A stretch of 64,000 nt of DNA from Hydrolagus affinis (GCA_012026655.1 JAAILG010001579.1:1-64000), one strand, 5' to 3'; positions 11,901 to 26,445 are shown, numbered from the stretch's first letter. Translations and numbers: made by a program. Notes: a model not told the origin generated them from the letters alone.

Positions 11901-14900
11901 AGTTTGTTGCTGCTTTTTTTTCAGCCTAACTGTAGCTATGTTGAGTTGATTTAATTTTAAAGTACGACAAAACAAATATTGCAAATAACATTACATTCAT
12001 ATCTCTCGTAAATTGTCATCAAATGATTTATCGATGAATGATGAGTGATTTGGGGACATTACCTTCCTTCACACTATTTGCCATATCGGAGGATGAAATC
12101 TATCATGTGATATAAGTGTACAGATGATAGCTTGGCAGTATTGTATTCTGGTGCTTTTTGAGGTTTGTGTTTGTGTAAACAGTAGGCAGTGATAGCTGGG
12201 CAATAAATAAAGCCTTTCATTTGTCTGAAAGACATGATCCACATCCTGAGTCTGCAGATTAAATGACACAGTCGTAATCTTTGCGCTGTGGACCTCTTTA
12301 GGAATATGTTCACCAGATGGCTGAAAGAAGCAGCGATACTGCCTCTGGCAGTTTCTGATATGTATTGCTTCATTTTTCAAAACTTCAAACTACATCAAAA
12401 ACAAATGCAAAGAATATAATCCTTTGAACACAACACAAATCCTGTTAAAGATTAATTTTAAGCCTGTAATGTACTTGCATGAGACTAAGTGAATGCCACA
12501 GCATTGCAGAAGTAATAGACAAAGTCTGCACGTTTTTGTAATTATCAGCTTTGATATTTAATGCAATTTTGTAGCTTTTACAAGCACAATATGAATTTAG
12601 ATATAAATAACCATTTTAGTTCTAATGCATTGGACATTCAGACTTAGAAATGTAATAAAGCAAACATTTTGAGAAAGATACTGCTGATAATAATCCCCCA
12701 CCAATGTTATGCGTTTTTGTGGTGTAAGAAATCTAGTTCTGACAATTATATTCTACTTCAGAATTAATGTTAATATTGTAAAGGTAGAGAGTTTTTGTCT
12801 ATGAAATTTTTAATAAATATAAATGCAGTTTCATAATTCTGAGGGTTATAATTCAGAAATAATGATGTCCTACTTACCACCACATGTAAATTATCTCCCG
12901 GTTTGAGGAGAAAAAGACATCCTAGGGCATGGACAACTGGGAGGTTATTAACCTTTAGCATAAAAGATGCAGGAGAACGAGTTACAAGGCTATAAACCAG
13001 TCCTTGGATTTAGATGACATAAACTGCAAAGTGAATCTCAAGCAGTTTCTAAACTTCCTCTGATCCTGACGATCAGGTTACAGCCCTTAACTCACTATTG
13101 ATTCAAAAGAGAGTTTAATTTTAAAAAGTGCTCCACAAAACTCTGCACTAAATGACAGAAGTGGGACTCTCAAAACAGTACTGTATTTACGCCATTAGAA
13201 ACGACCGCAAAATTCATACAATAACAACAAAATTACATTTGTCCAGTGCCTTTCATGTCGGCATCAGAACACAACATCAGTGATCTTAAGTGAAGTTGCC
13301 CTAACTATAGGAATCCATTGTAAGTTTTAGTATTTGGATCCTGGAGTTTTTATGTTATCTGTATAACCCCGGGGAATATTGTTCTAATTTGCAAAACAAA
13401 ACTGATGTGAAGTGGTCCAAAACCTGTTTTAGTTGCTGCAGATGACAGCTTTTTTTCTTCCCCCCCAAAAAAATGTAATCTAAGTAACATGTTGAATCTT
13501 TTGTTCACAAGGACGTATTGCAAAAGATCATGTGATACATTTGATCACCTTCTGCTCCTATTTACCTCTTACTATAGTATTATTTGTTTAAATTCATTTT
13601 TGTCGTACATCTCTTTGTGCCAGATTTATCTATTTTGTTTTATTTACATCTTAGAAACGTGCACAACTGGCATTCAGGTACAAAATGAAACTAGCAACAT
13701 GTTAACAATGTGGGGGAAAGGACGAACTTATGTTTTATTTAAGTGTCAAATTAACCTATGGCAGTCTGGAAATTAAATATGTAGGGTTTTTTTAAAAAAA
13801 AATTGAGAAATTGCTGTACCAAACTGTTCATCTGCAGAGTGTTTTTCATTTTTTTTAATTAACCTTTCCAAAATGTATGCTTTTTTGGTCGATTGTTACA
13901 TTCAAACTATTAAGATGTTGCAATGCTGCAGGTATAATGAGTTTTCATTGCAGCAGCTCAAAACACATTTGCTGTAACTGATCTTGGGCCTCATTTGATA
14001 GTAACTGCTAGCTTTCATTATCGCCAGTACTGCAAAAGCTCCTGATTCTGTTAATATCTTCAATGCTTTGAGTGATGTGTACAAATGTGAATGGATGGTC
14101 TCATTAAAGTGTTTGAAGACCAGACCTCAGGCAAGACAATGTGTTGATGTTGACTCACAATGGTGTTAAATTACATTTATTTATTGTCAGAAATAACCAG
14201 TTAAAAGTCAAGGTCATGTTCCTTCCAGCTGTCCTATCTTATCTATATTATTTTCTCATTGTTCACATAAAAAAAACATTCACTCCATTTCAGGCTTTCC
14301 ATTCAAAGTTATAGCCAGCTCCATTGTAGCATTTTGGAAGAATATAATTTTTCAAGGAAATATGCCAAATGGATATGAAAACATGTTCTCTGTTGAGAAT
14401 CTTGAAAAAAAAATCTCGAGGTGAAGTGTAACGACACTATTTACACTGGCAAAAAGTTTTTCATCTGTCAGTTTAATGTCAAAACCTGCAGCGTTGACTG
14501 TTTCGAGACCTACTTACCAACTGACTTCTCTAGAGTTTGATGGATACTCATTTGACAGGAAGCTGATATTCTTTGGGTTTTTTGGTTGTGAGATTTGAAC
14601 TTTGAAGAGACAGAAGAGAAAGATAGATTACATTGCTAATGTTTTGTAATTGAGTCTTTTTGAATACTACAAATAACCCCAAATCTATATAATATTAAAT
14701 ACATTTTATATATAAATTGTGCACAAACTAGACATTTCACTACACAGTGAATACTGCCTTGTATGTAATCAGGATTCATTCAAACAGATTAAAGAGCAAC
14801 GAAAGCCAATGTAGTTAAGTTTAAATATAAACCATAGAATTATGATTAAGAAAAAAGTATGAAACTTTGGTAGGTTGGAGGGTTGGCTAAATTACAAAGA

Positions 14901-15169
14901 TGAGAAATAAGCAGTTGTAACAAACATAGACAAATCAGGAGAAGGAAAACATAAGATTGATGGAAGCATCTATTTTCAGATACACGATACTGTATATCAT
15001 TTGGAATAATTTGCTGTTTACCACAAAGCTTATTCCCTAAGACAGAGGCTCTGAAGAATGAGTTATTGTACTGACTGCACCTCTGGATAAACAACTTCCA
15101 GTTCAACTTATAATCAAATGGTAGCCCCACCGGACTGCTCTGCAAAATATTTATGGACAATCAACAAAT

Positions 15170-15500
15170 AATCAGACTTTGAACTCGCAGTCTAAGCTGA
15201 TACTTTAATACAACTGTAGGAGGTGTTGCATCATCAAAGATACTGTTCTTCGGATGAAAACTTAAGATGAGGTTTCATCTGTCTGTTTAGATGGACATTA
15301 AAGATCCCATGGCACTATCGAAAATGGGGCAGTTTCTCCTGATGTGCTGGTCAACAATCTGGATAAAATTGGTCACACATTTCCTTGCTGTTTGTAGGAC
15401 ATTATGTATAAATTAGCTTCTGCTTTTGCCTACAAATACAGTTGCTGCAAATCCTGTGAGGTGCTTTGAGACATTTCAAATATGCGATAAGATAACATTT
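15170..15500 (+). mobile_element. Old Deu-domain SINE (SacSINE1/AmnSINE1-like)
   Basis: cttcggatgaaaacttaagatgagg...gatggacattaaagatcccatggcactatcgaa...ttgctgtttgtaggac matches the DeuSINE central domain as I recall it. Confidence 0.75.
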
Positions 15501-15570
15501 CTAATAAAAAGTATTTTTATTATTGACTACAGTATAATTGGTATCAGGCATTTCACATCCAAAGTGAAAT

Positions 15571-15820
15571 GAATATACTGTACTGTAAAGTGAATTGACT
15601 GTATACTTGTAGGCGAAATGCGGCAGCCAATTGCGCACAGCAGTATCCCACAAACAGTCGTGCATTGACATGAACAATTATTTTTATTTTTTTTGAGGGA
15701 ATATTATTAGGCGTGTGGAATAAGGAAACTTACTCAAGGTTTCGTCCTGACCTGCCTGGATTTGAACACGGGTCTCACGCTTGTAAGGTGAGTGCTCTAA
15801 TCACTGAGCTATAGGACTCC
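15571..15820 (-). mobile_element. tRNA-derived CORE/Deu SINE, tail missing
   Basis: Aligns to 1845-2080; head ggagtcctatagctcagtgattagagc, B box gttcaaatcc. Confidence 0.88.
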
Positions 15821-15867
15821 ACAGTTTAGGTTAGTTATTAGTTTATTAGTTATTAGTTTGTTAATAG

Positions 15868-15902
15868 TTTGCTCTTATTAGCCTTCAGCTAATAAGAGCA
15901 AA
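15868..15902. repeat. Perfect 15-bp inverted repeat with 5-nt loop
   Basis: TTTGCTCTTATTAGC-cttca-GCTAATAAGAGCAAA. Confidence 0.9.
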
Positions 15903-16789
15903 ATTCATTAAAACTTTTGTAAAAAAAGTTCTTAAGTCCTGATTTATGCAATTTGAACAGTTGAGATTCAGAGTAATAATTAAAAACAAATAATTTTAAA
16001 AGCAAATGTTAAGATGCAATTTACAACTCTGACAAAAATCTAATTTGATGCCAAGTAACCTTCAAATAATAGATGATATTTGTCTGTAAAAATAACGAAT
16101 TTCAAGATGATGTGGGGCTCTTGCAGTGTACAGATGCTGCCATATTGAAGCTGTTTAGCACTAAAATATTTCCAATAAATATGCAGAAGGTCAAAAGTCT
16201 CACCTGTGTAGGAAGCAACTCTCTTCACTTGCATACCTTCCTGTCATTACCGTTTCAATGGAGGAAAAGACCTATCCTTGAAATCTGTAACCAATTTGAA
16301 GTGCCAATTGTTCCATTGTTTTTTGGCACAAGTGTAAAGAACAAGCTGTCTGTCAACCTTATGCATCAGCTTTAATGCCTGACCTTTCCACTAACCTACT
16401 TAACCATTCATATCACATCAAACTTGATTCTCTGTGAGACCATAAAAGACACAAAGGCCATGCATTAAATCCACTTTCTCTCTTTACAGTAGATGGATGA
16501 ATCATTGACAGACATTTAAATACAATTTGGCTTATTGTCTATTCATTCTGGAAGATGGTAGTCATATGTAGTCTTAAACCAATCTTTCTCGAATAAAAGG
16601 GCACTTTGTTTGAGGAAGTGATTTGCAATTTTCATTTAGAGATGGACAAAAGTGGAGCATCATTTTTGCCATGATAATATCTACAGTTGATATAAAGGTG
16701 TATTTTTTAAGTAATTTATGACATTGGATTATATGTTTGAAATGAACAGAAAAGAAAGTTTGCTAAGATGTTCTTTTTTTTACCCCTCT

Positions 16790-17125
16790 CTTCACTTTGA
16801 AAGATGTTTGACTCCTCACTTCTTACTAGATTTTGGCCACTGATCGCCCTCTGGTATATTGCTTCAGTCCATGTCTAGTTCTCATGTCTGAGCTTTTGAG
16901 TATTGGCAAGTTAGCTTGATCCTCCTCACCCAATTTCTACATTCGAGCACCTCCAACAGGGGTCACAGGAAAATAATTGAGAGTGGAAACCTGCCTAATT
17001 TTTCCTGGTACCAGCAAATCTAATTGTAGCACTCTACTCTTACCCCAGTTGAAATCAGTTAATGCAACACAAATGCGGATTGAACCTGCGACCTTTCCAG
17101 TCTATGGATTAGCTACTCGACTAGA
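16790..17125 (-). mobile_element. Ancient unclassified tRNA-headed SINE-like repeat
   Basis: B-box-like ggattgaacctgcgacc near 17080; diverged opposite-strand counterpart at about 24585-24800. Confidence 0.5.
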
Positions 17126-20100
17126 TAAACTTAAGCCATGGGTGGAGGGTGAGGATGCCCATTACTTTGCATAATAAATTCTGAGGAATATTTTGTAAAG
17201 TTACCACTCAAATGGTTCAGATCAGCAGCCCTGCAAGAATTTTGCAAAGTTGGGTAAAAAGAGGTAGCAGAAATAAATATACACTGAATTACAGCATTTT
17301 AAACTTAATGAACCAAGTTCAGATATTATTATAAACCTTTAATGTACTCATGAATACCTAACGTTTTTCATTATGTAACATTTTGCGCATATTTTAAAGA
17401 AAGTATATTTGAAACAGGTCACCAGTTATTACCTGACTGTTTGCTGAGATGCATGATAAGCATTATTAGTGGAATCATATGACTCACGAAGGATATTACC
17501 AGACTTTAAGGCATTATTACTAAAGGTCAAACATTCCACGATTCACTGATGAATAGAAAAGGGTATTTTTGTTCTTTCTGCAGATTGCAGGGTCATTCAT
17601 CATAGTATATACTGCATTTATTATAATAAGGTAATGTCTTCCTAACAATCTCTGATTCTTGTTTGGTAATTCACTGCAGAAGGAAATAAATTGCAAACTG
17701 TGAACCTTTAGGTTTTTAAAGAACATTTAAAGGCAGAAGTAATAGAATTTGTTCAGTTTATCAGAGAATTGTAATTTTTATTACAAGTGTTCAATGCAGA
17801 ATACAAGTTTTAATTAAAATATTTATAACTTTAATAATTGTGTTGATTTTTAGAAAATTAAATTTTTATGATTTTAAAGGCAATTTTGCGGATTGTTGAG
17901 GAGAGACCGAATGCTACAAGGAATGATCAAAAGAAATTACTTTAATTGAAAATTGAACTCCATTAGATGAATAGGTCAATGTTGATTTACCAGATAATAG
18001 ATTTAAATGCAGTGAAATGGTTCTGAAGAAACATAAAATCTATGGTGACTGTATATCATTAAAATGCTTGGCACACAGTAATCTCTCTGCATCTGCAGGG
18101 AGGGCAATATTAATTCCATGCCCTGGTTCTGACACCATTATCCACATCTACATTTGATGCGATAGAACGTTTAGTGAAGAAACCGAATTAATGTGGCATG
18201 TTCTTAATTATAATCAAGCTCCAAGTGTGGATCTGTGCAGTATTACATAAAGGATGGATATAGATCCTTTAAGAGAATCGAATTTATGTTGACAGTCATC
18301 CAACTGAAGCAGGCAGGATCTGGATCACAGTGGATCAATGATGACAAACCATAAGGATTAAATATTTATTCAATTTATTTGCCAATTATATTTTCCTGCT
18401 TTTTGCTAGAATTCGTAATAGTTTGAGATATTGGATGTGATGCTGAATACATTCAGGGCCATCTGTGAAATATGTAATTCACAAATTCATTCCCTAGCAG
18501 CTGACAATACATTTTTGACATGTTGTACTTTTCAATATGACAGATGCGAATGGAACATTTTTAATTTACAGTGTTAGAACCCAGTATTGGTACAGCATGA
18601 GAGGCGCCATACAATAGTAGTTTTGTTGTTGTTATCATTAAGGTGATCAAATATTTCAAGCATGAAGGTTGCTGGCCACATGACAATCCTTTGCATAGAA
18701 AACCACTATTCAAAGATGGACATAGCATGTGCTTGTAAACTTAGATAGCTTTAGATATCTATTTAGCTAGGTATTTTGGTGGTTTACCTGACTATTTGCT
18801 TCCCGTAGTAGATTAAATATGACTCACATTGCATAACTGTAAATAATAAGGATTTTGTATCAAGCAGAACTTTTCTTGTTCTAAGTTTTCTTACATTCTG
18901 AAATGATTTCAATAAGATAAAGGTCAGATACAGTTCACTTTGCTCCATTTATGCCTCCCCTCTCCCTCGCTCTAACATGAGCTACCCTTTGAGTGGGAAA
19001 ACCAATTTAGTGCCACCTGATGCCAATTCATTGAAAATGTCCTGCACTGACTCCTGTTTATTGCAACTGGTTTGCTAAAGCTCATTTCCCTTACGACTTT
19101 TACAACCACCAGAGAGAGAAAGAAATTGTATCCGAACATTTGTGACAAGGCTTAAACCATAAAATGACATGTTTTCTGGTGCCTTTAAAATGTAGCCAGT
19201 ATACGAGAAACATGAGATTAATTCAAATTTGACTCTTTTCAATTTTTCTTCCATTCGACTTGGTTTTTGCACTTAGTTTTTCAGTATCTCCCGTGTTTTT
19301 GCAGCAGGGAAATACCTTTCTGAAATGAACATGCTGCTTTATCTCTCTGTTTTATAAGCTTCCCTACAGCTGCTCTCATCAGTTAGGCTCAGGGCAGGCA
19401 GAGGGCTGGAATGTCAGGATCAAACAACACTGTCCTCAGACCAGAAACTATCTATCAAGGTTATGACTTATCCAATTATAGGCAGCTCCAGTTTATGGGC
19501 TGGACAGTAAAGTGTTCAACAAATGGTAATTAGTCACACTTCTAGAAGCTTAATTGAATTACCTTTGACAGTGAATAGCAGACTTAGTGGGTGATCCTTT
19601 AAACCAGCTAACCTATAGGGCTCTCCAAAATCAATTAACCTATCAGACTACAAGCATAGCCACATCCTGTCTGACTGAAGGGAACATGGGAGGAGCAGTA
19701 TCGACAGCAGCGACTGTGTTATAAGGTGAATGTACAAACCGACTACTAACATTGACCTCTGCTACCAAACATGAAAGCGTCACACAGGAGGGAGCTTAGA
19801 CCTGGAAAGAACTGAAAAGAATTGAGTATAAATCATCCAAATGATATACTGCTAACTGATACAAGCAAACTCCACTAAAGGTTTAACCCAATTGAGTCTA
19901 GTCAGCAGTAAGAATAAGTAAACCAAAATTGCTTCCATCTTGACCTGGCACAAACTCCACTGCAATTCCCCCCTTGATTTTATTTTCAATGGCAGTTCAC
20001 TTGATAGACCATAAATATTTATCTCAAAGCAAGTATGACCACATGTTTTATAATTGCATTTACAATTATATATGTATAACATACACACGCAGTCAGAAGT

Positions 20101-21294
20101 CTTTTATCAAAACATTTCAGGAACCAAAGAGATTAAAAGAAAAATTGGATACGCTGGAAATCCGAAATAATATAAAACATACTGGAAACTGCACCACCTG
20201 AAAGGCAGATTGCCAATGTTTTAGGTGTGGTCTTTCATCAGGAATTAATGATTTCAGGAGCTATCCTTCACATAAGTGAATAATTTGAAATGACTGCACA
20301 TGAATTCCAATGTTGTTACTGCATAAATGTTATTAATATTATCTCATACTATACAGAGTTGTTTTTTTCTTCTTCGATAGAACCCTTTCTCATTGCTGTT
20401 GCTTTTTGCTCTTTGCTATCATAAGAAATAATAGTATTAAAAAGGTTTCAATATGTTTTCCTACAATATGTACAGCAAGAAAAGGAATGAGGTAACTGTG
20501 ACTGTTTTGTACAGTTTTATGTGCTAGTTCAGTCACCATGTTGATGGAATTGTAGTCGTAAAATGATTATATTCCTCAATTATTCATTCAATCAGTCAGA
20601 GCGTATCATAACTATCAGAACATTCAGTTTGTTGGTTAAAAAGCCATGTGTATAGCACCCTTTAAGAACTTGGCCTCTTAGTAGAGAAGTCAACTGTCAT
20701 ATCTTGTGGAATGAACACATTCACTGAACACATTCCCTCAGACTTTCAGCATGTTTCACAACAGAATATAAGTGAGACAACATTCTTCTGTTCCTCCAGG
20801 CACTAATCTGTTTATTTATATTTTTTCTCTTTTTTAAGCTTCGCAGGTCTTTCACCCATATAAAATTCCCTATCAGTTACAGCAGTGTGGGTTGTGACCT
20901 CTCCGTGACTAATGTTCTACAATTTGCCAGAAGGAGGAGTGTTATAAGAATGGTGGATAGGAAATTGATATTTCTTTTCCTTCTACCCCCATTGCTGGCG
21001 AGTTGCTTCCCCAGGGGCTAAGGATTCAAGTCATCAACTTAACCTGTGTTATCCCTGTGCAGTTACAGCAGTCAGTTCACAGTGAAATTGTGGCAGAGTT
21101 CTGGGTTACTTCCCCACCCCTGACAAAGTAAGGTGTATGCTTCTGGAAGGGGGAAATATAAACTGAACAATGAAAGCTAGGAACAACTGAGAAAATGCCT
21201 GGTCAACCAGTTTATTAAATCATAGCAGATCTTCTAATCTAATTTCTCCACATTTTTCTTTTGCCACTTAATACCATTATACCCCCAACCACTT

Positions 21295-21598
21295 GGACTG
21301 CTTGTAGCTCAGTGGTGAGAGCACTTTCCTCACAAGCGAGAAACCTGGGTTTGATTCCAGGCAGGGCGAAACCTTGGGCAAGTTTCCTTACTCCACATAC
21401 CTGATAATAATCCCTCAAAAAAACATAATAATAAATTGGTCATTTCAACTGTTTGTGGGACATTGCGATTGTGGGACATTGCTGTGCATATTTGGCAGCC
21501 GTGTTTCGGTCACAAATATACATATAAAATTTGCAGTGGATTCTGTGAAGTCTATATGTGAAAAGCACTACATGAAATGCAAGGATTATTATTATTAT
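21295..21598 (+). mobile_element. tRNA-derived CORE/Deu SINE, full length
   Basis: tgtagctcagtggtgagagc (A box), gggtttgattcc (B box), accttgggcaagtttccttactcc, Deu-like segment, tail aaggattattattattat. Confidence 0.9.
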
Positions 21599-24460
21599 CT
21601 TATCTGTGCCCCTTTTAAAGTTCTCAATTGATACTGTCTGTACACCGGCTTCTGAGACGATAAGGAACTGCTTCTTTGTCAGTCCATCTGCAATTTTAAG
21701 ATATCTTGGTGAGAGGCAAAAAGCACTGGAAAAGCACTGGAAATAATCAAGTTTAGATAAATGACAAAATAAATGACAAAATACTACCACATTGATCTGA
21801 CAATTAATCTGACCCCCTATTGCTTATGCAGATACATTCATTCATTTATTCATTCATTATCTTTCATGTGCCTCCTGTGTAATATGAATGCAAGGAGTTT
21901 TAAGTCCTGGACCCTGAAAAACAGATATGTTTAGTTTTAACCTTATTATTAAACAACAGGCTATGGAACATGGCAAACATCAGTTGGAAGAATATGACCA
22001 AATGTTTTGTTTTGGTGTTAGACAAACAGGAGTATTGGAATAATCCTTTCAATATCAGTATATTTATATTGAAATAAGCATTTGGCCTTTTCCTTGCCTG
22101 CCATAGAGTTCCAGATATAAATTGCTGCAACAAATCAGAGTGGTTCAGAAGTATATTGTTCTGAATATAGAACAATATTAAAGTTCTGGACTGAATGGCG
22201 CTCAGTGAAAGAATATCAGATTCTTATAGCTGCAATACTCTGAATAAATCTGCAGCATCAACGCTGGCATCTGATTTGCCATAGATGTGAAAACAGAACC
22301 TACTTTTATGAACTCTGTTTCTCTTATCATTCACTATGATCAAAAGAATGCTGAATATGGTTGAGTGACCTACAGTTATTTTGAGCTGACCAGGAGATTG
22401 CAATACTTTTGTATTGGAGTACTGCAGCACATCTTGATTGACAGCGAGGGGTGGAATGTGGAAAGCATTTGCAGCGTTGTGTCTGATCATGGAGAGTTGT
22501 TGACAGCTACCTCTTCAGTTCACTTCCTTTACAGACTGACAGGGTTAATGCTGTAAATCTAAAATGTGGCAAGACAAATCTTATCCTCTGGAAAAAGAAA
22601 CTTTCACTCTTAATTGTTATACAGTAATGCACAAGTGAAAGTTGGGATAGATACGTGCTTCTGGACAGCACGCTCTCGTGTTGCAAACAGGGGGCAAAAA
22701 AAAAATCTTGAAACCAATGAAAGAATTTAGCATGAAAACCAATTTTAAATGATCATTCTACATCATTCTAACTTCACAAACGACATAGTTACTGGTTGAT
22801 CCATTCAGGGTGGGACGATTTTCATTATTTGTTGATTTTCATACAAAGCCCACTCCGTCTTGCTGGGAACTGCACAATTTAAATCTGAATGTGTTGAATG
22901 GCTGCTAGGTCTGATCAGACTGATTGCAATGTGATGTGAAGCTTTTGGGTCAGCATCATTATGCCCAGTTTAGATCATGGTGATATGACTGCGTAGGCTT
23001 TCTGGTTTAATTTCCAACATTTACATTGTTCCTATGTATCTCCAGCCATTGAAACATGGAATCGAGTGAGCCAGAAAAGCCAGGAGGAGATGATTCACCA
23101 GTGAACGATTGACATACGTGTGACAGTGCTCATATTATTGGAAACAAAAAACACGATGTCGTGCGGACTTTTTTTCAACTAGCTGTTTTGATAAAAATGA
23201 AAATGATTTCCATCTGTAGCCTCACATTTCCTTCCACACAGGACAGGAAGTGGAGAGATGACAGGAAATGTATTCACAGATCGGGGGATTATGATGTTAC
23301 TTGTAGGAATACTGGGGATGAGCCCTTTTATTTACCTGAACAGTCTTTTGTAGCAGTCATACAAAGTGGTTGCAGATGAAGTTCAACCAAAACAAAGTAG
23401 CTTTGGCAAATTATCTCAGTTAGGATTTCACATAAATGTCCACCCAAATTATAAAAAACATACAGTTAAAGGCAAAAAGCACGAAAGGATGGATCAATTC
23501 TGAAATTAAATTGGGATTTAGCGATGAACATTTATCCCTGAATTATCATCATTAGCTTCTTCCTGTACTGCACAAGACAGAAATGATTTCAATTAGACAG
23601 TTCCTCAAGACTCCCTGCTCATTGCTGTTCAGAGCTGCAACATTGTGCGTAGTCAATATCCACTTTGGATTGCCATAATACAAAATACAGTACAAAATTA
23701 CATCTGTATACTGCATTGCCTTTCATGTCGGAAGGATGTCTCAAGATGCTGATCTGTGCGGGGATGGGGTGGGAGAGGGTGGAAGAGAATGGGGTAGTGG
23801 AGGGGTGGGGGTTGCAGAGGAAAGTGATTATTCTCTCACTTATGGTCTCATCATAGTGCAAAGCCACAGGCTGAGGCTGGATCACTCCAACCTGGGGTCT
23901 GTCCTCTCACATGTTGCAGAATCGTGGCAAGGCTTTCAATCTTCTTCCAAATCAAGTCCACAGCAGCATCAAGAGTTGCTGGCCCCCAAGAGAGACCTTC
24001 CAGGTTGAAAGGCTATTTCAACTGTGCCTGCTCAGGTGCCAGCATCATCAAAAAGCATAGAATCCCAGCGAGCAGGATGCATATGCTTCTTGTCCCGATT
24101 GTCAAATCATCTCCCAGACAGACCTAATAACTAATACTCTGTCAGTTTAGTGTTCAATTTGAAAAGCAAAGTTAGAGTTGCTTGCAAAATCAGAAATTTT
24201 GGATTATGAATTAACATTGGAAAACTCTGACTTAGTTGTTTGCACCTCAGTAAAAATCCCTAAATACTTCTCTGATATCTGGCAAACATCAGGGCTAATT
24301 CGATGAGACGACTGTCTCTATTACAGTCTCTTCTGGCTGCAGCTTGTTGTTATGTAATGTAAATACAAAAGGAAGTTTTATGACGGTGGCAAATCTAAAA
24401 CCTAGTCTACACAGGAGACTTTGTCCTGGTAAAAATTCAGGGTAATGTTAGAGATAAACA

Positions 24461-24570
24461 GCATAATGTAGGCTGACACTTCAGTGCAGTGCTCAGGAAA
24501 TGGTGCACTGCTGGAGGTGCCATCCTTCAGATGAGATATTAAATTAAGATCCTGTGTGTCTGCTCTTGTG
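24461..24570 (+). mobile_element. Deu-domain SINE fragment (SacSINE1/AmnSINE1-like)
   Basis: taggctgacacttcagtgcagtgctcaggaaatggtgcactgctggaggtgccatccttcagatgagatattaaa. Confidence 0.7.
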
Positions 24571-24584
24571 ATTTGAGGGAAAAG

Positions 24585-24800
24585 TTGAATGAGATGATCT
24601 CAACTTGTGCAATAAAAGGAGTATAAACGGGCCTCAAAGTTCTGAGCTAAGAAGGAGGAAAAATGAACAGAGTTCCTTCCCAATTGAGTTGCTCAGCAAG
24701 AAAGTGGATGCTTAGGCGAGGGCAGGTTTAGCCTTGATAGTGATATCCTCTATGTTCAAATAGCCTGTCGCTAATCAGATTCACATATGAAAAAAGAATT
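24585..24800 (+). mobile_element. Ancient SINE-like repeat, same family as 16790-17125
   Basis: Diverged reverse-complement similarity (aggcgagggcagg vs gatcctcctcaccca; gattcacatatgaa vs ttctcatgtctgagc). Confidence 0.4.
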
Positions 24801-25099
24801 ATCCGTGTGCAAGACAATTGCTTGAGGAACCTGAAGGAAGGGAAGAAAGTAAAATGGAAAACACAGAAGAAGAGGAGATAGAGTTCTCTGCAGGGAGAGT
24901 GAAAGAGAGCTGCAAAAACAGAAAGGAAAAAAAAGCAGGGAGAGAAAAGATAAAGAGAGCAAGTAGATGATGGGAATTGTCTACGTTTCTAAACACAATT
25001 CTATTGTTTAAAGAAGATATTAAAAATAGTAAATGTAATATCTACAGAAAAGTAACAAAAAAGGCAAGCAAGTAATGCACAGGTGCAAAAGTATTTTCA

Positions 25100-25357
25100 A
25101 ATCCAGTCAGGGTGAAACCTTGGGTGAGTTGCCTTACTCCACACACCTAATAATAATCCCTCCAAAGAACCCACAATAATAAAATTGGTCATTTCAATCC
25201 ACAACTGTTTGTGTGACACTGCTGTGCGCAATTGGTTGCCGCATTTCGCCCACAAATATACAATCAGTTCACTTTACAGAATATTCTGTGAAGCATTTTG
25301 AGACGTCTAGAAGACATGAAAAGCACTAAATAAAAATTCAAGGATTATTATTATTAT
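25100..25357 (+). mobile_element. tRNA-derived CORE/Deu SINE, 5' truncated
   Basis: cagggtgaaaccttgggtgagttgccttactcc...gctgtgcgcaattggttgccgc...aggattattattattat. Confidence 0.88.
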
Positions 25358-26376
25358 AAAAGATTAAGGAGAATATATATATATTATATTGCACACTAGT
25401 AATGTTCTGTACTAATGTCCATATAAACCACGAGCATACTGTACCTCAAAATGTCATTACAAAACGTTTGAAAATGTAATCTGGTAGTGTCATTAAAAAT
25501 TGCCCTAAAGTCCATGCTCATTGTTTAGTTCTACAAATAGAGTGTTGGTCTGTTCTGTAATTAACATTAATATACCATTCCAGAATTCTCGTCAAATAAA
25601 TTCCTGTTCCTGCAGGATCGCACTGCATTATAGATTCATGTTGTGATGGTATTATATGCCTTGAGGTTTATTTTCCCCAGTTGTAAAAAGATGTGTATCA
25701 GATGGAGTCTCTGGTCTCAAAGTGCCACTGGCTAAGTTTGTTTTTTCTTGAGTCACTTGAACTGGGTGCCCCAAAGGGCAGTAATCCAACACTGCCCTCA
25801 ATGCCCCTGCAGGCTGTGTGTCACGAGGCCAGTTTTCTGGCATACGCTTCTCCACACCCACACATGTTTGCCAAACCAACACTTAACCTTTTGGACCATA
25901 ATTTGTTAGCAGAACCCTTAGCAGAGCTGATGGAGTCAGCATGTGATAGATGAGTGCAAGTGAGGCTTTCAACAGTGCTTGTCTCACCAACAAATAATTA
26001 TCATTATCACGTTGCAGGGAATACAAACTGAAAACAGCACTGTGTGGTGGAAAGATTAACGCCCTGTAATAAAGAGGATAGATGTACAGTGTGAGGTAGA
26101 CATTAAGTATCACCTTCATTCTTGTTATTCATGCTTTCTTGATGCTATTTCTGAAATCAAATTATTTGCTTCAAGTTGTTTTTTTGTGAGCATAGACAAG
26201 TGTAGCCTCCACAACCTCTTTTGAAAAACAGAATTATATTTCCTTATGTGGCTTGATTCAGACAGAAATAAAATGGCAGATTCTGTAATAGGGCTTTTGG
26301 AAAACTTAACAAAACATAGAATATAATTCCAATAGAAAAACATCATGTCTGATCATAATTGCACACTGAGTAAATT

Positions 26377-26445
26377 CATAGAATCATAGAATTTTACAGC
26401 CCCAAAGGAGGCCATTCGGCCCATTGTGTCTTTGCCGGCTGTTTG
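26377..26445 (-). mobile_element. CR1 LINE 3' tail
   Basis: catagaatcatagaa = (ATTCTATG)n CR1 terminus, followed by aggaggccattcggccca. Confidence 0.7.

Noticed and set aside
21295-21370. tRNA gene (A and B boxes present; also at 2010-2080, 15750-15820, 63020-63091)
   Set aside because: Each runs into the same SINE body and tail and the copies are mutually diverged; these are SINE heads, not tRNA genes.
25600-26000. GC-richer stretch with 76-86 aa ORFs as a hidden gene
   Set aside because: No recognisable domain and no convincing phased splice sites.
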